Assembly: GCA_040379425.1 (NCBI GenBank)
Contig: JBEILC010000001.1
Coordinates: 7,536-71,535, forward strand
Direction of reading: 5' to 3'
DNA from: Hyphomicrobiales bacterium
GTDB lineage: Bacteria > Pseudomonadota > Alphaproteobacteria > Rhizobiales > Aestuariivirgaceae
Length of the DNA stretch: 64,000 nucleotides
Shown: piece by piece, positions 58,521 through 64,000 of the stretch
Numbering within the stretch: position 1 is the stretch's first letter
Layout: the number at the start of each line of letters is the position of its first letter
Notes under the pieces: generated by a model
Told to the model about the DNA's origin: nothing
What the model saw: the letters and a program-made list of their open reading frames with translations, nothing else
Databases searched by the model: none
Made by a program: the position numbers and the translations under genes

Positions 58521-58979
58521 TCAGGGCTTGCGGAACAGGATCAGAACCTGGCCGACGGTGATGCCCCATTTGCTGACGGTCGAGCGGTTCAGCACCGTGC
58601 CATCGCCCGCATCATAAAAGACGTCGGCGAATTTCATCGCGATGAGCCGGTTGCCGACCTTCAGGCGCAAGGTGGAATTCATGTCGGCCCGGCCCTGGCC
58701 GAAGCTTCCGCTTGCCTCCGAGACGGCATCTTCGCATGTCCCGGTGAAGCTCTGGTCATTCCCCCGCGTCAAGGTCCAGACCCGCTGCTGCCGTTCGCCG
58801 TTGTCGAACAAGAAATGCTCGTCCAGCACCAGGCTGCTGCCCTGCGCGCTGCCCGTCATCTCCACGCTGAAGCGGCGCTTCTGCTCGCCGGCCCGGCCTT
58901 CGAAAACGCCGGTCGCAAGGGTCCGGCCCTCGAAATAGGAGAGCAGATCGAAATGGGAGGCCTCGTTGCGCTTGAGCAT
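58521..58979 (-). CDS. DUF3833 family protein
   Basis: FDLLSYFEGR..A.G.F...KRRF.V...L.LDEHFLFDNGE...RVW, NRSTVSKWGI.VG; downstream of cfa. Confidence 0.8.
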   Translation of the reverse strand: MLKRNEASHFDLLSYFEGRTLATGVFEGRAGEQKRRFSVEMTGSAQGSSLVLDEHFLFDNGERQQRVWTLTRGNDQSFTGTCEDAVSEASGSFGQGRADMNSTLRLKVGNRLIAMKFADVFYDAGDGTVLNRSTVSKWGITVGQVLILFRKP

Positions 58980-59010
58980 GCCACCAATACGGCAGCGTCA
59001 GGCAAACCGA

Positions 59011-60207
59011 TCACTGGGAGCGTGAGAACCTGTAGACACCCACGTCGATTGCCGCCTCGCTGAAGCCCGCCTCGCAATAGCAGAGGTAATAGCGCCAGCG
59101 GCGGCGGAACTCCTCGTCGAAGCCGAGCTTCGCCACAGCATTCCAGGAGGCCTCGAAGCGTTCGCGCCACATGGCCAGTGTCCGGGCATAGTCCTGGCCG
59201 AAGCAGGAGACGGTCTCGAAGCGCAGTCCGGCGGCTGCGGCCTGCTCCGCCAGGATCGACTTGGTCGGCAGCATCCCGCCCGGGAAAATGTAACGCTGTA
59301 TGAAATCCGCCTTGGCGCGGTAACCGGGATAGAGCCGTTCGGCGATGGTGATGGCCTGCACCGCGGCCGCCCCGCCAGGCCTCAGCCTGTCCCGGAGCAC
59401 GCGGAAATATGTTGGCCAGTTGGATTCTCCCACTGCCTCGATCATCTCGATCGAGGCAATCGCGTCGAAGCTTTCCCTGGTATCGCGATAGTCTTGAAAG
59501 CGGATCTCGGCGCGGTCCTTCAGCCGGTTCCTGGAATAGGAAAGCTGCTCTCTCGAGATCGTGAGCCCGGTGACCCGATGCCCCCGGTCCGCCGCCCGTT
59601 CGGCGAAGCCGCCCCAGCCGCAGCCGATTTCGAGAATATCCGACGGTTTCTCGAGGCGCAGCGCATCGAGCACGAGGTCGTATTTGGCCAGCTGGCCCGC
59701 TTCGAGCTCCGTGGCGCCCGCCCCGAAGAACGCCGATGAATAACTCATCGTGGGGTCGAGCCAGAGCACATAAAACTCATTGCCAAGGTCGTAGTGCGCG
59801 CTGATGTTGCGCCGTGAGCCTGCCTTGGTGTTGGCCCTCATCATGTGGAACAGGCGGTCAGCGATGCTCTTGTGGAACACGGGGCTCGCCGCCTTGTTGA
59901 GCGAGTCCCGGTTCTGGAGATAGAAACGCAGCACTGCGGTGATGTCGCTGCTCTCGATGTCCCCCGATACGAAACTTTCGGAAAAGCCCACAGCTCCGCG
60001 GCGGACGGCGTTCCACACCGGGCGGAAATTCTTGAGGTGGAGATCGCAGTCGATCCCGGGCTTTGCATAGCCAATGCGATGGATCTTGCCGAACGGCAGG
60101 GTCAAGGTGATGCCGCCGGCGATATCGCGCGGCATCAGCCTGCGTCCGATGGCGGCGATGAGGTGTCCGAGAACACCTTCACGGATCTGCAGCGTTTCCG
60201 ATGTCAT
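59011..60207 (-). CDS. cfa: Cyclopropane-fatty-acyl-phospholipid synthase family SAM methyltransferase (CfaS/UfaM-like)
   Basis: NISAHYDLGNEFY..WLDPTMSYS, LEIGCGWGG, DYRD, SIEMIEAVG, FIQRYIFPGGMLP, WRYYLCYCEAGF. Confidence 0.93.
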   Translation of the reverse strand: MTSETLQIREGVLGHLIAAIGRRLMPRDIAGGITLTLPFGKIHRIGYAKPGIDCDLHLKNFRPVWNAVRRGAVGFSESFVSGDIESSDITAVLRFYLQNRDSLNKAASPVFHKSIADRLFHMMRANTKAGSRRNISAHYDLGNEFYVLWLDPTMSYSSAFFGAGATELEAGQLAKYDLVLDALRLEKPSDILEIGCGWGGFAERAADRGHRVTGLTISREQLSYSRNRLKDRAEIRFQDYRDTRESFDAIASIEMIEAVGESNWPTYFRVLRDRLRPGGAAAVQAITIAERLYPGYRAKADFIQRYIFPGGMLPTKSILAEQAAAAGLRFETVSCFGQDYARTLAMWRERFEASWNAVAKLGFDEEFRRRWRYYLCYCEAGFSEAAIDVGVYRFSRSQ

Positions 60208-60977
60208 GGCTTGGGCGTTACCTCGGGCAGAAAGTCAACTCTGTGGTTTGGCGCTTCTGGGCGGCGCTTCAACTTCAATCCTTTCCACCAAAGCCGCAGG
60301 GCTTGCAAGTGGATGGCCCCGATCACCTTGATCGTCAGGAAAGGCATGCCGAGGAAGGATTTGAGAAGAGCACCGTCCGTCAGCTTCAACCGCTGGCCGC
60401 TGACATAGGCATTCAGCACCGGCTGGCCCTCGACCGAAAGCGCAACGCCAAGCGCCAGCTTCTCCTCAGGCGGGGTGAAGTGAAAGGTGTAATTGCCTTC
60501 AACCGCATTGAAGGGCGACACGAAGAAGTGTTTCGGCGCCTTCTGGGCCAATTCGTCTCCCACCGGCACCACATAGGAATGACGCCCGCCGAAGGTGTTG
60601 TTCACCTCGTAAATCATCATTCGCAGTTGGTCCCCGGCATCAAGGCCGTAATAGATGGTCAGCGGGTTGAACACATATCCGAGTACGCTCGGATAGCAGA
60701 ACATGAAGATGCGCGTGACCTGATCTCCGCCCTCGGCGCTCCGCACCAGTTGCCAGGCATGATCGCGGACCGGGGTCCCGTCACCTGGGCCATGGTTGCG
60801 GTCCATGATGGAAAACAGGTTGAAGCGGTTGTAGCTGAACCAGTGCAACCGGCTTGCCGTTTCGTCCAGCCCGTCGACATCGGCCAGCAGGTTGAACACC
60901 CGGTAGCGTAGTTCGTGCCGGACCGGCCTCAGCCTGCGGTGTACGACTTCGCCACGGTAGAGGCAGGTCTCCGCCAT
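60204..60977 (-). CDS. DUF1365 family protein (UfaO-like)
   Basis: V.HRRLRP..H..RY, P..LGYVFNPLTIYY, YEVNNTFG.RH.Y, KHFFVSPF, IHLQALRLWWKG. ATG 60977. Confidence 0.9.
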   Translation of the reverse strand: MAETCLYRGEVVHRRLRPVRHELRYRVFNLLADVDGLDETASRLHWFSYNRFNLFSIMDRNHGPGDGTPVRDHAWQLVRSAEGGDQVTRIFMFCYPSVLGYVFNPLTIYYGLDAGDQLRMMIYEVNNTFGGRHSYVVPVGDELAQKAPKHFFVSPFNAVEGNYTFHFTPPEEKLALGVALSVEGQPVLNAYVSGQRLKLTDGALLKSFLGMPFLTIKVIGAIHLQALRLWWKGLKLKRRPEAPNHRVDFLPEVTPKP

Positions 60978-60978
60978 G

Positions 60979-62325
60979 CTACCCGACAGCTTCCTCGGAA
61001 GGTGCTGCTTCCGGACGTCCCGGCGCAAGATGGATGCGGCCCGACTCGTCGGTGACCGACCATGGCCGCCGGACACCGCCCAGCGCCTCGGCTGCGGCAA
61101 GTCCGGCCTGGATTCCGTCCTCGTGGAAACCGGAGCCCCAATAGGCGCCGCAGAACCAGGTGCGCCGGGCTCCCTGGATCTTCCAAAGATCCCGCTGCGC
61201 CGCCATGGCGGCCGGGTCAAAGATGGGGTGAGCATAGTCAAATTCAGCCAGCACCTTTTCCATCCGTGGCTCCTCCAGCGGGTTGAGGCTGACGAAGAGC
61301 GGCGTCTCGACCGGAAGGGGTTGCAGCTTGTTCATCCAGTATGTCACCGCGCTGGTTGTAGCCGAATGCGGCGGCATTTCCGAGAGATAGTTCCAGCTCG
61401 ACCAAAGCCTTTTCCGTTTCGGCATGAGGCGGTCGTCCCGGTGCAGGATGGCGCGGTTCTTGGAATAGCGGAAGCAGGAGAGGAGCCGCCTCTCCTCCGG
61501 CGTGGCATCGCTCAGCAAGGCAAGCGCCTGATCGGCATGGGCGGCGATCACCACGTCATCATAGGTCTGCTCTTCCCCGGATCGGGCACGGATGGTCACG
61601 CCATTGGGACCGCGCCGGATGCTGGTGACCGGGGTGCGGAGCCTCGTCTCGAACGATCCGCTTCGGATGAGGCGCGAAACATATTCGCGCGAGCCGCCCT
61701 TCACGGTTCGCCACAGCGGCCGGCCGGTGATCTTCAAGAGGCCGTGATTGTTGAAGAATCTCAGGAAAGCCTTGGCCGGGTAGTCGCGCATGTCGCCCGG
61801 TGCGGCTGACCAGATGGCGCCCGCCATGGGCAACAAGTGACGCTCCAGAAAGTATTCCGAATAGCCTTCGGCCTTCAGGAACTGGGCGATGGTCATGTCA
61901 TCGGAAATCGTGGGGAGTTTCGCCAGCGTGGTCCGGAAGAAGCGCGGAATGTCGCGCATCAGCTGCCAGTGGCCGGGGCTCAACAGGTTGGAGGGCTGGC
62001 CGACGAGCTGGGCGAGCCCGGAGCCCGCATACTCAAAGGTGCCGTTGCCCATCGAGACGGCGAAACTCATGTTCGACAGTGCCGTTGGCACTTCCAGGTG
62101 GCTGAAAAGTGCGGTCAGGTTGGGATAGGCGGGAGGGTTATAGACGATGAAGCCGGTGTCGACTGCCACATCCACCCCGTCGACCTCGCAGTCCACCGTG
62201 TTGGAGTGGCCGCCCGGACGGGCGTCAGCCTCGATCAGCGTCACCCTGTGCTTCTGTGACAGAAGCCAAGCGGCTGACAAGCCGGATATTCCCGATCCGA
62301 CGACGGCGATATGGCGTATTTCCAC
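60979..62325 (-). CDS. FAD-dependent oxidoreductase, COG2907/amine-oxidase-like (UfaD-like desaturase)
   Basis: IAVVGSGISGL, GGHSNT, VDTGFIVYN..YPNL, FFNNHGLL, YAHP, CGAYWGSGFHEDG. GTG 62325 with AGGGG RBS. Confidence 0.9.
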   Translation of the reverse strand: MEIRHIAVVGSGISGLSAAWLLSQKHRVTLIEADARPGGHSNTVDCEVDGVDVAVDTGFIVYNPPAYPNLTALFSHLEVPTALSNMSFAVSMGNGTFEYAGSGLAQLVGQPSNLLSPGHWQLMRDIPRFFRTTLAKLPTISDDMTIAQFLKAEGYSEYFLERHLLPMAGAIWSAAPGDMRDYPAKAFLRFFNNHGLLKITGRPLWRTVKGGSREYVSRLIRSGSFETRLRTPVTSIRRGPNGVTIRARSGEEQTYDDVVIAAHADQALALLSDATPEERRLLSCFRYSKNRAILHRDDRLMPKRKRLWSSWNYLSEMPPHSATTSAVTYWMNKLQPLPVETPLFVSLNPLEEPRMEKVLAEFDYAHPIFDPAAMAAQRDLWKIQGARRTWFCGAYWGSGFHEDGIQAGLAAAEALGGVRRPWSVTDESGRIHLAPGRPEAAPSEEAVG

Positions 62326-62351
62326 GTGTATTGCCCCTAACTGGAGATTGC

Positions 62352-62377
62352 TACGCCCTCTGGGTGGGGCCGGATCA
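62352..62377 (-). promoter_or_regulatory. RpoE(ChrR)-type promoter TGATCC-N16-CGTA, leftward
   Basis: - strand TGATCC (62377-62372), spacer GGCCCCACCCAGAGGG, CGTA (62355-62352); points at the FAD-oxidoreductase operon. Confidence 0.75.
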
Positions 62378-62379
62378 GG

Positions 62380-62405
62380 TGATCCGTCTGACACCTCGAG
62401 GCGTA
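62380..62405 (+). promoter_or_regulatory. RpoE(ChrR)-type promoter TGATCC-N16-CGTA, rightward (autoregulatory)
   Basis: + strand TGATCC (62380-62385), spacer GTCTGACACCTCGAGG, CGTA (62402-62405), followed by TATCT. Confidence 0.75.
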
Positions 62406-62432
62406 TATCTAGCAGAACAGGGAAACCATGCT

Positions 62433-63032
62433 ATGTATGCCGTGATGGAAATGGCAGACAAGCGACAGAGCGAGGAGAAGCTGCGTCTCGAAGCGCAGTT
62501 TCGCGCCTTGATCAAGAAGGTGGCACAAAACCACGACCGGCAGGCGTTTGCCCAGCTGTTCGATCATTTTGCGCCGCGGCTCAAGAGTTTCATGATGCGC
62601 AAGAACGCCTCGGCCGAACTGGCGGAGGATCTGGTGCAGGAAGCGATGATCGCGGTATGGACTAAGGCAGGCTTGTACGAGCCGTCAAAAGGTTCGGTCA
62701 CCACCTGGGTGTTCACCATCGCCAGGAACCTGCGCATCGACAGGATCCGGCGTGATGTGCACATGCCGACATCCGAACTTGGCGACTACGACGAGCCGTC
62801 GGAGGCGCCGGAAGGAGAGGAAATGCTGGGCCGCAAGCAGGAGGATGGGCTGGTCGCCAGGGCGCTCCAGTCGATCCCCGATGAGCAGCGCCAGATTCTG
62901 GTTCTCTCCTTTATTGAGGACATGCCGCAGAGCGAGATCGCCTCGAAATTGTCGATCCCTCTCGGAACCGTTAAATCGCGCATGCGCCTGGCTTATGGGC
63001 ATCTGCGCCGCATACTGGAGACCGGACTTTGA
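62433..63032 (+). CDS. rpoE: ECF sigma factor, RpoE (ChrR-associated)
   Basis: DRQAFAQLFDHFAPRLK, AEDLVQEAM..VW, TWVFTIARN..ID, Q.EIA..L.IPLGTVKSRMRLA; upstream of chrR. Start may be 62433, 62445 or 62451. Confidence 0.92.
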   Translation: MYAVMEMADKRQSEEKLRLEAQFRALIKKVAQNHDRQAFAQLFDHFAPRLKSFMMRKNASAELAEDLVQEAMIAVWTKAGLYEPSKGSVTTWVFTIARNLRIDRIRRDVHMPTSELGDYDEPSEAPEGEEMLGRKQEDGLVARALQSIPDEQRQILVLSFIEDMPQSEIASKLSIPLGTVKSRMRLAYGHLRRILETGL

Positions 63033-63679
63033 AACCGACCCATCATCTCGATCACAGCACGATCCTCGCCTATGCGGCTGGAACGCTGAACGAAGCCTTC
63101 TCGGTGGTGGCCGCATCCCATATCGCCGTTTGCCCGGATTGCTGCGCTGCGGTTCGCGCGGCTGAAGCGCTGGGCGGCGAGATGCTGGACGCATTGCCCG
63201 ACATGAGCGTCTCGTCCTCCTGCCGGTCGCGCACGCTTGCCGCACTCGAGCAGGCGACGCTGCACCGTTTGCCGCTGCCCACCCCGCGCTCTGAGCTTCC
63301 CGCGCCGCTGGCCCGGCTGGTGGATGGCGGCAGCTTCAATGATATTGCCTGGAAGAAGAAGGCTCCGGGTGTTGCAATGTTTGACATCAAGCTTCCGACG
63401 CAGGCCAAGGGTCAGCTGAAGCTGCTCCGCATCAGCGCCGGCCGCGCCATGCCGGAACACGGCCATGGCGGCGAGGAGATCACGCTCGTTCTGAAGGGCG
63501 CCTATCGCGATCACATGGGCCGCTTCGGACGGGGCGATGTTGCCGACCTCGATGTGGACATCGAGCACAAGCCCGTGGTCGAACAGGACGGCGATTGCAT
63601 CTGCCTCGTGGCAACCGAGCGGCCGACGCGCTTCAAGTCGATTGCTGCGCGCATCCTGCAGCCCTTCGTCGGCATCTGA
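63029..63679 (+). CDS. chrR: Anti-sigma factor ChrR
   Basis: ZAS motif H...H.AVCPDC and C-terminal cupin MPEHGHGGEEITLVLKGAYRD...H.P.V.....CICL. Confidence 0.94.
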   Translation: MKPTHHLDHSTILAYAAGTLNEAFSVVAASHIAVCPDCCAAVRAAEALGGEMLDALPDMSVSSSCRSRTLAALEQATLHRLPLPTPRSELPAPLARLVDGGSFNDIAWKKKAPGVAMFDIKLPTQAKGQLKLLRISAGRAMPEHGHGGEEITLVLKGAYRDHMGRFGRGDVADLDVDIEHKPVVEQDGDCICLVATERPTRFKSIAARILQPFVGI

Positions 63680-63684
63680 TCTCC

Positions 63685-64000
63685 GTGGCCGGCCCGCTCC
63701 CGTGGAAGACGGCTTGGGTGACCGGGGCGTCGACGGGCATTGGACGCGACGTGGCGCTGCAACTTGCAGCCCGCGGCGTGAAGGTCGCAGCCTCCGCGCG
63801 TTCGCTTGAAAAGCTCGACGCTCTTGGCCCGTCGGTCCTGGCGATTCCGTTGGACGTGACCGATCCCGAGGCCTGCAGGGCTGCGCTTCAGCGTATCGAA
63901 TCCGAACTGGGTCCCGTTGACCTCGCCGTGCTGGGGGCCGGAACCTACACGCCCGTGGCCATTGACGACCTTGACCCCGGCCGCTTCGCCCACATGATGG
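63685..64000 (+). CDS. Short-chain dehydrogenase/reductase (3'-truncated by window edge)
   Basis: Manual translation from GTG 63685: MAGPLPWKTAWVTGASTGIGRDVALQLAARG...LDVTD...DLAVLGAG. Not in the supplied ORF list because it lacks a stop. Confidence 0.88.
   Translation, partial: MAGPLPWKTAWVTGASTGIGRDVALQLAARGVKVAASARSLEKLDALGPSVLAIPLDVTDPEACRAALQRIESELGPVDLAVLGAGTYTPVAIDDLDPGRFAHMM

Noticed and set aside
58980-59014. Alternative-frame lipobox-like peptide (MIGLPDAAVLVAC-SS) overlapping the cfa stop, suggesting a frameshifted DUF3833 signal peptide
   Set aside because: It has no basic n-region and a poor hydrophobic core, and the in-frame ATG at 58979 gives a complete domain. It is worth revisiting only if orthologs are lipoproteins.
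1-64000. rRNA, tRNA, CRISPR arrays, IS elements, prophage genes and inteins
   Set aside because: None were recognised; almost all of the window is accounted for by identifiable protein genes and short spacers.

Overview
This is a GC-rich chromosomal window from an alphaproteobacterium, most likely Hyphomicrobiales/Rhizobiales (inferred from gene content, gene order and regulatory motifs). 1-19 kb is housekeeping: MOSC-mobA-mobB, DUF924, a GcvT-family oxidoreductase, two DMT transporters, gloB with a divergent methyltransferase, chorismate mutase-hisC-tyrC, DUF2125, chaC, plsC-ftsX-ftsE, a ZitP-like gene and hpt. Between chaC and plsC lies a two-gene unit (class II ribonucleotide reductase nrdJ plus a 136-aa unknown protein) in which each gene has its own LexA-type SOS box. 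About 19.3-53.5 kb is an apparently intact rhizobial-type flagellar cluster with three tandem flagellins. It has no che or visNR genes in the window, and its rem/ftcR/lafR-type master regulator sits at the border under a perfect CtrA box, divergent from a cysteine-free MerR regulator. 54-64 kb holds an orphan rhamnulose aldolase/dehydrogenase, a large secreted SGNH-type protein, and an RpoE-ChrR locus with furan/unusual fatty-acid genes driven by two back-to-back sigmaE promoters. I found no rRNA, tRNA, CRISPR array or transposase. The most interesting signals are regulatory: the SOS-boxed nrdJ unit, back-to-back sigmaE promoters, the CtrA/MerR/Rem junction, a recurring class II flagellar motif, conserved structured flagellin leaders, and an 8-codon mini-ORF linking motA to fliM. 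All calls rest on reading sequence and translations by eye; no database searches were run.
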